DNA of 64,000 nucleotides from Candidatus Glassbacteria bacterium (GTDB lineage Bacteria > Gemmatimonadota > Glassbacteria > GWA2-58-10). Position numbers and translations under genes: made by a program. The stretch is taken from the NCBI GenBank assembly GCA_019456185.1, contig VRUH01000019.1, forward strand, positions 1,534 through 65,533, read 5' to 3'. The notes beneath the pieces were generated by a model that was given only the letters and a program-made list of their open reading frames with translations, did not search any database and was not told the origin of the DNA. This document shows positions 17,856-27,372 of the stretch, piece after piece. How positions within the stretch are numbered: position 1 is the stretch's first letter; each line of letters starts with the position of its first letter.

Positions 17856-18740
17856 ATGAGAACAGCCCCATGGAAAGGCACCGGCGGGTTCAGCCTGGTG
17901 GAGATGTTGATCGGGCTGACGATCACGATGATCATGGTCGGAGCTTTTATCAACCTGTTGATCAACCAGAATAAGGGCTACTCCAGCGAAAGCCTGCGCC
18001 AGGAGATGAATATCACCGGCCGCGTGGCCATGGACGAAATCCACCGCGAGGCGATGAACGCCGGCACCGGACTGCCCGGCCTGTTCCCCTCGATTCAGAT
18101 CCGCGACGGGGGCAGCACGGAGCCGGACACGATCACGTTTATCTACGTGCCCCAGACCAATATTTTTCTCGAGTTCTCCACCAGTCCACCGCCCAACGCC
18201 AACGCCAACTCGATGAAGTTCAGCGCCTCATCCGACGACGACTCGCTGATAGTCGGCGAGCACCTGATAATCTACGACGAATCCTCGTTCAACATCATCG
18301 AGATTACCAGTATTAACACTTCCTCGCATACCGCCGTTTTCATACCGCCTGCGGGTGTCAACACCCCCGACGGCCTCGCCAAAGCCTATGACCCGGCCAC
18401 CACGGTCATTACAAGAGTAAGCGTCTCATCCATAACGGTGGACAAAACCGACGCCGATCACCCGTCGCTGATCAAATTCAAGGGCAGTACAATTCTCGGC
18501 GAAGTTGCCTACGACATTGAAAACCTCCAGGTTGTTATTTACTTCGAGGACGGCGACACGGCCAGCGTGGCCGACACAACCGACGGGGACAGTACGAACG
18601 ACCCGATGGATCTGGTCGCTGTGGAGGTGACCGCCACGGCGCGATCGAGCCGGCCCGACACGGAACGCAATCAGGTAGGCGACCACTACTGGCGTCAGAA
18701 GTTCACCGCGATGGTGGCGCCGCGTAACCTGATCTACTGA
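17856..18740 (+). CDS. pilW: Minor pilin PilW-like
   Basis: GGFSLVEMLIGLTITMIMVGA prepilin signal. 294 aa. GGAGG RBS. Confidence 0.7.
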   Translation: MRTAPWKGTGGFSLVEMLIGLTITMIMVGAFINLLINQNKGYSSESLRQEMNITGRVAMDEIHREAMNAGTGLPGLFPSIQIRDGGSTEPDTITFIYVPQTNIFLEFSTSPPPNANANSMKFSASSDDDSLIVGEHLIIYDESSFNIIEITSINTSSHTAVFIPPAGVNTPDGLAKAYDPATTVITRVSVSSITVDKTDADHPSLIKFKGSTILGEVAYDIENLQVVIYFEDGDTASVADTTDGDSTNDPMDLVAVEVTATARSSRPDTERNQVGDHYWRQKFTAMVAPRNLIY

Positions 18741-18778
18741 GCACTCTTCGGGGGGGGGCCATCCCTAGGAGCGCAACA

Positions 18779-20434
18779 ATGGGAGTTCTTCGCAGGACTA
18801 TCACCAGCCAGCGCGGGGTCGCGCTGGTGACGATGCTGCTGCTGTTGAGCGCGCTGACAATCCTGTCCGTCGGATATATCTATGTCAGCTCGATAGATAC
18901 CCAGTTGGCAGGCAACATGTATCAGAACAGCCGCGCGTTCTACGCCGCCGAGGCCGGCGTGGAGAAAGCGCTGTCGAATATCCAGAGCCTGCTCGACGGT
19001 TCCGGGGCGATGACGGACGACGATCTGGCCGCGATCCTGCCCCCCGATATCGACGATTTCAGCTGGGAGGAGTTCAGTGTCGTCCGGGCCGATTCCAGTT
19101 TCGTGGACACTGTCACCACCGGACCCTACCAGGGGATGGTCTCTGTCAACCAGCCGATCACGATCACCTCAAGGGTGCTCGGGCCCAGAAACAGCCGCTA
19201 CCACATCGTCGTGGAAGTGGAGGGTATCCAGATCCCGGTGTTCCAGTTCGGCGTGTTCTACAACGACAGCCTGGAAATCCACAACGGCCCCGTCATGGAC
19301 TTTATCGGCCGAATCCACACCAACAGCGACCTGTTCCTGGGCACCAACTCCACCACCTGGTTCCACAAAATGATCACTATCGCCGGTGACCTCTACCGCT
19401 TCCGGATCTGGAACGGCGAGACTTTCGGCGGTTCGCTGATGATCTCCGATCCCGACAGCAATTTCGTGGCCCTGACCTACGACAGCCAGACTTACGCAGG
19501 TAACGACGAGGGGTTCGTCACCCAGACCACCGCCGATTTCAACGGCCGGCTGCGTACCCGCGCCCACAATATCACTCCCCTGGGCATGCCGATCGCCGCC
19601 GGGCTGGACCCGATCGAGATTATCCAGCGGCGCATCGGCGGAGATGACGCCAGCCTGGTTTCCGAACGGCTTGACTGGAAAGCCGATACCCGGATTTACG
19701 CGGATCCCTCGCTGAGCACGGTTTCGATCATGAACAACGACGGCAATCCCAAGGTGCTGGCTGATCCCTCGGCCGTTTACGCCAGTTACGACGCTTTCTA
19801 CGACGACCGCGAGGGCGAGTGGACCGACCTGATGATTATCGATGTGTCCAAGCTGACCGCCGCCGACCTCGGCGACGGGGTAATCTACGTCTCGATCGAA
19901 GAGGATCCCGGGCGGCACAAAGGCATTAAGCTGATTAACGCCGGCTCCCTGCCGGCGCCGATGACGGTGGCCAGCGATAACGCGATCTACATCCAGGGCG
20001 ATTACAACACGACTTCCTGGCAGCCCTCGGCCATAATGGGCGATGCGGTCATCCTGCTGAGCAACAGTTGGGTGGATGCCGACAACGCCAACGTCAGCGC
20101 CAACACCCAAGTGGCGTCCAGCACCACCTACTACCTGGCGATGATTTCCGGCGATACTCCGAACGCGAGTGCCTACAACGGAGGGCTGGAGAATTTCCCG
20201 CGCTTCCTGGAGAACTGGAGCGGGCAGACCGCTACAATCTACGGCTCGATGGTCAACCTGTTCCTGAGTGAAAACGCCGTCGGCCAGTGGAGCTACGGCG
20301 ACCCGGTTTACCGGGCCCCCACCCGGGACTGGTGGTTCGAGGTCCGCTTTCTGGACTTCAACAACCTTCCGCCGGGGACCCCGTCGGTGGGAACCGTGCT
20401 CAGGATCGCCTTCCGCCAGGAGTTTTTCCTCTGA
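18779..20434 (+). CDS. pilX: PilX N-terminal-domain pilus assembly protein, unusually large (551 aa)
   Basis: QRGVALVTMLLLLSALTILSVGYIYV...NSRAFYAAEAGVEKAL matches the PilX N-domain. Long C-terminal region of unknown fold. Confidence 0.65.
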   Translation: MGVLRRTITSQRGVALVTMLLLLSALTILSVGYIYVSSIDTQLAGNMYQNSRAFYAAEAGVEKALSNIQSLLDGSGAMTDDDLAAILPPDIDDFSWEEFSVVRADSSFVDTVTTGPYQGMVSVNQPITITSRVLGPRNSRYHIVVEVEGIQIPVFQFGVFYNDSLEIHNGPVMDFIGRIHTNSDLFLGTNSTTWFHKMITIAGDLYRFRIWNGETFGGSLMISDPDSNFVALTYDSQTYAGNDEGFVTQTTADFNGRLRTRAHNITPLGMPIAAGLDPIEIIQRRIGGDDASLVSERLDWKADTRIYADPSLSTVSIMNNDGNPKVLADPSAVYASYDAFYDDREGEWTDLMIIDVSKLTAADLGDGVIYVSIEEDPGRHKGIKLINAGSLPAPMTVASDNAIYIQGDYNTTSWQPSAIMGDAVILLSNSWVDADNANVSANTQVASSTTYYLAMISGDTPNASAYNGGLENFPRFLENWSGQTATIYGSMVNLFLSENAVGQWSYGDPVYRAPTRDWWFEVRFLDFNNLPPGTPSVGTVLRIAFRQEFFL

Positions 20435-20454
20435 AGCCTGGAGAGACTCATCGT

Positions 20455-20495
20455 AAAAAAAGCCGTCCGGGATAACCCGGACAGCTTTTTTTACG
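20455..20495. terminator. Bidirectional rho-independent terminator (A7-stem-loop-T7)
   Basis: aaaaaaAGCCGTCCGGGataaCCCGGACAGCttttttt, seen directly between the convergent pilX and OMP genes. Confidence 0.65.
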
Positions 20496-20537
20496 GTGAT
20501 ATGAACAAGAAATACGCTTTTGCCGATAAAATCATGG

Positions 20538-21551
20538 CTAGAAACTGTACCCCAGCGAAACCCGGTGTGTCTGCTCCAGGTCGCGATGGCCCACCCAGGC
20601 GTAGTCGGCGGCCAGTCCGCGCAGGATGAACCCGGCCCCGAACGAGGGGTTGTTCTCATCGAGGCCGCCCCGCAGGAACATCCTCTCGTACATTGAATAC
20701 TCGGCTCCCAGATGCAACAGGCTCATCAGGTAGCGGCTGTCGCTGCGGTAGTTTCTGCGGCGACTTTCCAGCGGCACCGAGATTTCCACCGCCGGGCGCA
20801 GCAGGCCTCCCGGGATACGGACTCCCTCGGCCAGCGCGACCCCGCCGGAGAGCCACGGCTTGATATACTCCCGCTTGCCGGTGGAAAATGCGAGAAACGA
20901 TGTGGTCACATCCCTGGCCGACAGGCTCCACAACAGGGAGACTCCGCGGAATTCGGCGGCAAACACCGCGCCGATATCGAAGCCGAACCCCGTGGCGGTA
21001 ACATCGAGATAGCGCTCGTGGAGCAGCTTGAAGTTGGCACCGATATGGTGCCGCTCGCCCAGTTTTCTGCCCAGACCGGCGATCAGGGCGAAATCGTTCT
21101 TGCTCACGTAACGCTCGATCACAGGCCGGTTGTCCTCACCCGGCGGCCTGTCCGGGTCGGGCAGCCCGGTGACCGGGATCCCGCCCACTCCCAGATGAAT
21201 CAGCCCCAGCGCAACTGTCAGAGGAGTCTCCCTCTGCTCCAGCCTGCGCGAGTAGCCGACGAAATTATAGCTGACCTCGCCGCCGAACCGCTCGCTGTGC
21301 ATGAACACAAAACTGTGCGGCCGCTCGCCCTCGGTGCGCGACAAGCCTGCCGGGTTCCAGTAGAGCGCCTCCGGTCCGGTCGCCAGGGTATGGAACGCGC
21401 TGCCCATCCCCAGCCCCCGCGCCCCGACCCCGATACTGAACGGTTCACCGGCATACTTGCTCTGGGCAAACAGTGGCTGAGCCGCTGCCAGCAGGCAGCT
21501 CAGCACCAGCAAATTGATTCTATTCATCAGCTTGTTCACAACAGCTTTCAT
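20538..21551 (-). CDS. Outer-membrane beta-barrel protein (FadL/PorV-like)
   Basis: Signal peptide MKAVVNKLMNRINLLVLSCLLAAAQPLFAQ. NPAGL motif. Alternating amphipathic strands. C-terminal ...VSLGYSF, with the terminal Phe typical of OM barrels. Confidence 0.6.
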   Translation of the reverse strand: MKAVVNKLMNRINLLVLSCLLAAAQPLFAQSKYAGEPFSIGVGARGLGMGSAFHTLATGPEALYWNPAGLSRTEGERPHSFVFMHSERFGGEVSYNFVGYSRRLEQRETPLTVALGLIHLGVGGIPVTGLPDPDRPPGEDNRPVIERYVSKNDFALIAGLGRKLGERHHIGANFKLLHERYLDVTATGFGFDIGAVFAAEFRGVSLLWSLSARDVTTSFLAFSTGKREYIKPWLSGGVALAEGVRIPGGLLRPAVEISVPLESRRRNYRSDSRYLMSLLHLGAEYSMYERMFLRGGLDENNPSFGAGFILRGLAADYAWVGHRDLEQTHRVSLGYSF

Positions 21552-21690
21552 TGTCCAGGAATCACTTGACAACAGGGGATCGGAAAGGATAAAATGGGCT
21601 ATTCCCGCGGGGGTGGTTCGCGGCAATTGCTCTTCACGGCCGCGCCACCGGCCGGCACTGCCCCGCAAAAAGCACTTACCGGAACGCTGC

Positions 21691-22068
21691 ATGAAAAAAC
21701 TCAGTCTCTTCACACTTCTGCTCTGCCTGGTGCTGATCGGTCTCATGCCCGAGGACAGCGGCAGAAAAATCCAGGCGTCCTTCCCGAATTTCGTCACCGA
21801 AGCGGTCTCGGCCGACAGCGAGTTCGCTGTCATGGACCAGGGACGGCCTGTAATCATCAGTGCCGAAAACCTGGCCGAAGGTGAAAAGATGTTCGAGCGT
21901 TTCTGCACCGGCTGCCATTCCGCTCCGCTGGTATTCAAAAGCGGAGCCCTGGCAGGTGAAGTCGACTCGCTGGTGGTGGCGATGTTCGAGAAAGACGGCA
22001 CCGTTATCGAGGCTCACGAACACAGACAACTCGTGCTCTACCTCAAGTCCCGCCTGCCCCGCCAGTAA
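21691..22068 (+). CDS. Small secreted c-type cytochrome-like protein (single CxxCH)
   Basis: Start MKKLSLFTLLLCLVLIG (signal peptide). CTGCH haem-binding motif. 126 aa. Confidence 0.55.
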   Translation: MKKLSLFTLLLCLVLIGLMPEDSGRKIQASFPNFVTEAVSADSEFAVMDQGRPVIISAENLAEGEKMFERFCTGCHSAPLVFKSGALAGEVDSLVVAMFEKDGTVIEAHEHRQLVLYLKSRLPRQ

Positions 22069-22137
22069 ACTCAGCCCTCGGGCTGTTTCCTGGGGCCCGC
22101 TGCTGATACCCGGCTAACCGGTTGCCTGTTTCAAATC

Positions 22138-22548
22138 TCATTCATTATCCGGCAAAATTTCGGTGATCACCGGAATATTGGCCGTCAGGTATTTAGAACG
22201 GCCGCTCCAGAGGCGGATCACGGGCAGGGACAGCGCCAGCCCGCCCAGCGCCGAGAGCAGCGCCAGCGTATCGTCACCCAGACCAAGGCCAAGCCGCTCC
22301 TTAAGCCCCAGCGCGAGCAATATAGCGCCCAGCATGAATGCCAGCGGTAAGATGTAGAGCACGACACTGCCGCGGATCACCACCTCCTCGTCAACCGCGA
22401 TCTCCACCCGGTCGCCGGGCTTTGCGTCCAGGGGGTTTCTGACCAGGGCAATCGTGTTCTGGCCGGATTCGAGCAGGGTGACATGGCAGGCCCCCTCCTG
22501 ATGGCAGCCATCGCACATGGCGCTGCGCGAGACCTCGACCTGGGCCAT
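22138..22548 (-). CDS. RseC/MucC family protein (SoxR-reducing system / sigma-E regulator family)
   Basis: N-terminal Cys motif CDGCHQEGAC, then two TM helices. The architecture is that of RseC. The start is uncertain (22548 or 22611). Confidence 0.55.
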   Translation of the reverse strand: MAQVEVSRSAMCDGCHQEGACHVTLLESGQNTIALVRNPLDAKPGDRVEIAVDEEVVIRGSVVLYILPLAFMLGAILLALGLKERLGLGLGDDTLALLSALGGLALSLPVIRLWSGRSKYLTANIPVITEILPDNE

Positions 22549-22555
22549 CCCGCCT

Positions 22556-23065
22556 TCACTGCCGATCACTTTCCCCCGGCTGCAGATCGTCGCTGTGCTC
22601 GTCGGCTTCATCGCTGATCCCCGTCGGGATTCCGGCCAGTTCCGCCAGGTGTTCCGCCTGAGATTTCAGGCCGGTCATCCCGCTCAAGTCGTATTCGGTA
22701 TAGTCGCAGTCGGCCTCATCCAGCCGCAGCAGCACTCCCTCGATCACTTCGGCGATCCGGTCCGACGGGATACTGGCCTTGCGGCTCTCCAGACGGGTCG
22801 TGACCGCCCCGCTTTCATCCAGCTCGAACGCCACCGCCGCCAGTTCGAGACGGTTGCCGTCCTGCCTGCGGGTGGCGATCAGGAAGTTCCAGTCGTGCTC
22901 TCCGCGCTGGAGACGATCGAACAGGTAGAGCCGATGGTAATCCACTTCCTGTCCCGGCCAGGCGCTGCCGATCACCTCCAGCAGCTGGGATGCGCTGAAC
23001 GCGGCCTTTTCCCCTGACTTCTGTCCGTCCGTATCGTTCAATTGCTCACTCCGCACCGTTTCCAC
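22556..23065 (-). CDS. Hypothetical acidic protein
   Basis: 169-aa ORF with host-like GC. It overlaps the metE stop by 20 nt. I recognise no motif. Confidence 0.4.
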   Translation of the reverse strand: METVRSEQLNDTDGQKSGEKAAFSASQLLEVIGSAWPGQEVDYHRLYLFDRLQRGEHDWNFLIATRRQDGNRLELAAVAFELDESGAVTTRLESRKASIPSDRIAEVIEGVLLRLDEADCDYTEYDLSGMTGLKSQAEHLAELAGIPTGISDEADEHSDDLQPGESDRQ

Positions 23066-25352
23066 CGTGCTCTCTGCGCAGTTGCCTGACCGCGTCCACC
23101 ATGTTGCGCAGGCTGGGCTTAACTTCCTCCCAGCCCCTGGTTTTCAGGCCGCAGTCGGGATTGACCCACACGTTCTCGGGCGGAAGGTACTCCAGAATCT
23201 GATGCAAGTGCTCCACCATCTCGGCGGTAGTCGGCACCAGCGGCGAGTGGATATCCCAGACGCCCGGGCCGATATGGTTCGGGTATTTACGGTCGCGGAA
23301 CACCTGCAGCAGCTGTCCTCCGGCCCGCGAGTTCTCGATCGAGATCACATCGGCGTCCATGGCCTCGATCTGCTCGATAATAGTGTTAAAATCGCTGTAG
23401 CACATGTGACTGTGGACCTGAGTGGATGAGTCGGCTCCACCGGCCGAAAGCCGGAACGCATCGACCGCCCATTTCAGATAGGCGTCCTGTTTGTCCTTCT
23501 GCAGGGGCAGCCCCTCGCGCAGCGCCGGTTCGTCGACCTGCACCACTCCGATTCCTGCTTTTTCCAGGTCGGTGAGTTCATCTCGTATCGCCAGCGCAAT
23601 CTGCCGGCAGACATCGCCGCGGGGAATGTCCGAGCGCACGAACGACCAGTTGAGCATGGTCACCGGCCCGGTGAGCATACCTTTCATCGGCTTCCGGGTG
23701 CGCGACTGGGCATACTCGCTCCAGCGCACGGTCATCGGCCCGCGACGGTGGACGTCGCCGTAGATCACCGGCGGCTTAACACCCCGGCTGCCGTAGGAGA
23801 TAACCCAGCCGTTGCGGGTGAAATAATAGCCCTCGAGCTGCTCGCCGAAATACTCCACCATGTCGTTGCGCTCGAATTCACCGTGCACCAGCACATCGAT
23901 ACCGTATTCCTCCTGGAGTTCCACCAGGTCGTCCACCAGTTTAGCGATCTGCCTGTCGTATTCCTCCTGGGTCAGCTCCCCCTTGCGCAGACGGGCGCGC
24001 AGACGCCTGACCTCGCGGGTCTGCGGGAAAGAACCGATAGTCGTGGTGGGGAACAGCGGCAGGCCCAGCTTTTCGTTCTGTTTCACGATCCTTGTTTCGA
24101 ACGGTTCGCTGCGGCTGAAATCCTTGTCGCTGAGACTGTTCATCCGCTCGCGCACGGAGGGTACGTTTTTCAGCGCACTGCCCGCGGCAGCCTCCGTCGC
24201 CCGGCGGCTGCGATCCAGCACGGCCCGGTCGCTGTCCGATGCGTTCCCGGCCACAGTCCGGGCCAGGGCGGTCAGTTCGGACACTTTCTCGCGGGCGAAC
24301 GCCATCGAATCCTGGACTTCCCGAGGCAGGTGGTCCTCACCGGCCATCGTGACCGGCACGTGCATCAACGAGCAGCTGCTGGAAAGCGCCAGCTTGTCCT
24401 CGCCGACTGCATCGCCAAGACCGCTGACCAGTTCCAGCACGGCGTCCGGATCGCAGACCCAGATATTGCGCCCGTCGACCACACCGGCGAACAGTGTTTT
24501 GTCCGCGGGAAAGCCCTTGCCGCGGATCAGCTCCAGGTTTTCCGGCCCGTGCACGAAGTCCAGCCCGATCCCGTCGACAGGCAGGTTGGTGAGCGTATCG
24601 TAGTTGGGTCCCACGTGATCGAAATAGGTCTGGATCACTAGTTTCGCCTCGCCGGCCGCGCTTTTCAGTTCGCCGCAGGCCTTGGCCAGCGCCGCGCGCG
24701 CACTGTCGCCATAATCGGCGGCGAAACAGGGTTCATCGAGCTGGATCCAGTTTACAGCGCGGCCCGCCAGTTTTCCGAGCAGTTCGCGGTAGACCGGCAG
24801 CAGGCTGTCCAGCAGGTTCAGGGTATCGAATCCGTCCTCTCCGCGGCCAAGCAGGAGGAAACTCAGCGGACCGATCAGCACGGGCATAGCCGGAACGCCC
24901 TGCTCCAGTGCCTCGTCCACCAGGGCCAGCAGGCTATCCGGCGCCAGCTTGAACGTGGTCCGCTCCGAAAATTCGGGGACCATGTAATGGTAGTTGGTAT
25001 TGAACCATTTGAGCATGCTCAACGGCCGCACGTTGCCGGAGTCTCCTTTGGCGCCGCGGGCCATCGCGAAATAACGCTCCAGGTCCAGAGCCTGGCCGGC
25101 GAACGGGAACCTGGCCGGCACGGCGCCGGTCATGGCGATCGTGTCCAGCATTTTATCGTAATAGGAGAAATCTCCCACCGGCACCATGTCCAGGCCTGCG
25201 GAGTTAAGAAATTGGTAGTTTTCACGACGCAATGCAGCGCTCTTCCGCTCCAACTCGTCTTCGGAAATATCCCCGCGCCAGAAGGCCTCCACGGCAAACT
25301 TCAACTCGCGTTGAACGCCTAACCTGGGGAAACCCTGGAGACTCGAAAGCAT
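23046..25352 (-). CDS. metE: Cobalamin-independent methionine synthase (5-methyltetrahydropteroyltriglutamate--homocysteine S-methyltransferase)
   Basis: 768 aa from MLSSLQGFPRLGVQRELKFAVEAFWRG. Duplicated UroD/MetE barrels. The C-terminal Zn-ligand region ...HSHMCYSDFN...ENSRAGG is MetE-like. GGAGAG RBS. Confidence 0.9.
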   Translation of the reverse strand: MLSSLQGFPRLGVQRELKFAVEAFWRGDISEDELERKSAALRRENYQFLNSAGLDMVPVGDFSYYDKMLDTIAMTGAVPARFPFAGQALDLERYFAMARGAKGDSGNVRPLSMLKWFNTNYHYMVPEFSERTTFKLAPDSLLALVDEALEQGVPAMPVLIGPLSFLLLGRGEDGFDTLNLLDSLLPVYRELLGKLAGRAVNWIQLDEPCFAADYGDSARAALAKACGELKSAAGEAKLVIQTYFDHVGPNYDTLTNLPVDGIGLDFVHGPENLELIRGKGFPADKTLFAGVVDGRNIWVCDPDAVLELVSGLGDAVGEDKLALSSSCSLMHVPVTMAGEDHLPREVQDSMAFAREKVSELTALARTVAGNASDSDRAVLDRSRRATEAAAGSALKNVPSVRERMNSLSDKDFSRSEPFETRIVKQNEKLGLPLFPTTTIGSFPQTREVRRLRARLRKGELTQEEYDRQIAKLVDDLVELQEEYGIDVLVHGEFERNDMVEYFGEQLEGYYFTRNGWVISYGSRGVKPPVIYGDVHRRGPMTVRWSEYAQSRTRKPMKGMLTGPVTMLNWSFVRSDIPRGDVCRQIALAIRDELTDLEKAGIGVVQVDEPALREGLPLQKDKQDAYLKWAVDAFRLSAGGADSSTQVHSHMCYSDFNTIIEQIEAMDADVISIENSRAGGQLLQVFRDRKYPNHIGPGVWDIHSPLVPTTAEMVEHLHQILEYLPPENVWVNPDCGLKTRGWEEVKPSLRNMVDAVRQLRREHGGNGAE

Positions 25353-26054
25353 TCTACTCTCCTTTATTGGAAAAAATAGCCCGAAAAAGCCACTTATCAC
25401 CTCAACCGGCATCAATATAATCAATGGCGGCGGCGGGGAAAATGTTTTGGACGGAAAAATCTACTATTGAGAGATATCCGGGCCGGCAATCTTGATTGTG
25501 AACCGGATTCGGCGTAACCGGGCGATTACGCTCACTGTCCGGCCAGGAAACAGGAGTGTGGCATAAGGAGGAGATATTTCAAATCAAGCCTGACCGGGAC
25601 AGGCTCACGCACCGATACCCCAGGCCGAGAGATCGTCATCCTGGTCCGGACGGCCTTGTTTGCGGCCGCCGGTGTCCTTGCTGCTCCGTAAGCCTTCCGT
25701 ACTGCACAGCAGCGCGATACCGGCCACCAGAAAGATAACCTCGCAGACCTGGACGGCTTTTTTCAGCTTCGCCATCGTCGCAACCTTCGTGAGAGGGAAG
25801 AATCTATACATTCAACCATTTGCAAGTCTCATTCCAACTTTCATCACTGCGCCCAGTTACTCCAAAGGCGGTTCCCGCCTGCATTCAATCAACAATACGA
25901 AGCACTGATAGTTGCGCATCGTCAGGAAAATCCTTCCGTTTCCGTGCCTCCCCCCCATACCGGTCGGCCGGTTGACAGATCAGTATCGATCTCGTATTAT
26001 GCTTACATCGCCACCTCAGTCACATGCACCGTCCACCGCAACAGGAGCAGCCGG

Positions 26055-27287
26055 ATGCCATCCGATTGGAGAATGAGACGTAAGGAGTTTTTGACCAGGT
26101 GCGCCCAGGCGGCGGCAGGGATGGGTATGGGAATAAGCTTGTCCTGCGGCAGGTCCTCAGAAACAGCCGGCGAAAACGGCGATAATGGGAACCCGGATGC
26201 CACCCCCCCGGTCAGCACTTCCTCGGGAATCCGCAAACTGGGCCGCCCGGAGATCGAGGTGACCGAAATCGGATTCGGAGCCAGCCGGACGATGGACCCG
26301 ACGCTGATGAATTACGCGTATGAGAAAGGAATCACTTTTTTCGATACGGGCCGCGCCTACTACAACGGCCAGAACGAGATCGTGGTGGGCAAGGTGTTTA
26401 AGGATCGCCGGCATCAGATCGTGATCAACAGCAAGTTGCCGCCCAACGGGCTGGAAAAAATGCGCGGCGATCTGGAAGCCAGCCTGACCGCCCTGCAGAC
26501 CGACTATATCGACTGCCTGCTGATCCACGGCGCGTCCGAACCGGAACACATCTACAGCGACCAGACGATTGAACTGCTGGAAACCGCGCGGGAGCAGGGA
26601 AAAATCCGCACGTTCGGATTCAGCGTGCATACCGAAGCATTCCGCCTGCTGGGCCTGGCGGCGGAAAAAGGCTTCCACGAGGTGGTGATGGTGCCCTACA
26701 ACTTCCTGGGCGGTTTCACGCACATGCTCGGCGGCCACACGTCCCAGTGGGACGCCGAAGTATTAGAAGACAAAATCGAGGCCTGCGGCAAAGCGGGAAT
26801 CGATATTATCGGGATAAAAACCTGCTCCGGCGGTTATCTGAAAGACAGCCAGGGGCGGGAGAGCTATGCGGCAGCGCTTAAGTGGGTGCTGCAGAACCCT
26901 TACGTGAAAACCACGGCCACGGCGATGGGCAATTTCCAGCAGATCGAGGAGAATATTGCGGCGATGGGGTCCGAAGGCGCGCTCGATGACCGCGATCAGC
27001 GGGCGCTGGCCGCATACGCCGCGGCCTACGGCGCGGAGTTCTGCCGGATGTGCGGCTCGTGCAGCGGGCAATGCCCGGCGGGGGTCCGGGTGGCCGAGAT
27101 CAACCGCCTGCAGATGTACGCCGAGAGCTATGGCGGGGACATGGCGCGTGAAGCGCACAAATCCTATGCGGCCCTGGGTGGAAGCAACGCGGCTTCATGC
27201 AGCGGCTGCGACCAATGCCGGGTTGACTGCCCCTGGGGCCTGGCCCTGGGCCCCAAACTGAGAAGGGCGCACAGCCTGCTGGGGTGA
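26055..27287 (+). CDS. Tat-exported aldo/keto reductase with C-terminal ferredoxin-like Cys cluster
   Basis: MPSDWRMRRKEFLTRCAQAAAGMG Tat signal. AKR motifs (GITFFDTGRAYYNGQNE...IDCLLIHG). C-terminal CRMCGSCSGQCP ... CSGCDQCRVDCP. Confidence 0.8.
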   Translation: MPSDWRMRRKEFLTRCAQAAAGMGMGISLSCGRSSETAGENGDNGNPDATPPVSTSSGIRKLGRPEIEVTEIGFGASRTMDPTLMNYAYEKGITFFDTGRAYYNGQNEIVVGKVFKDRRHQIVINSKLPPNGLEKMRGDLEASLTALQTDYIDCLLIHGASEPEHIYSDQTIELLETAREQGKIRTFGFSVHTEAFRLLGLAAEKGFHEVVMVPYNFLGGFTHMLGGHTSQWDAEVLEDKIEACGKAGIDIIGIKTCSGGYLKDSQGRESYAAALKWVLQNPYVKTTATAMGNFQQIEENIAAMGSEGALDDRDQRALAAYAAAYGAEFCRMCGSCSGQCPAGVRVAEINRLQMYAESYGGDMAREAHKSYAALGGSNAASCSGCDQCRVDCPWGLALGPKLRRAHSLLG

Positions 27288-27310
27288 GATAAAAATTAAA
27301 TCTTGTTAAC

Positions 27311-27345
27311 AAAAAAGGCGGACCCTGATTGTCCGCCTTTTTTTA
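27311..27345. terminator. Bidirectional rho-independent terminator
   Basis: aaaaaaGGCGGACcctgattGTCCGCCttttttt, between the convergent AKR and the 27373 gene. Confidence 0.7.
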
Positions 27346-27372
27346 TTTCCAATCAACCCATTTTTCAACTCG

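Noticed and set aside
25353-25560. Cobalamin riboswitch upstream of metE
   Set aside because: This was my initial expectation for metE. I could not find B12-box (GCCACTG-like) or other core motifs on the minus-strand leader, so it is reported only as an open question, not a feature.
25605-25811. 68-aa minus-strand ORF in the metE/AKR divergent intergenic region
   Set aside because: Short, no convincing RBS, and located in a probable promoter/leader region. It could be a small membrane peptide (MAKLKKAV...IFLVAGIALL) but support is insufficient.
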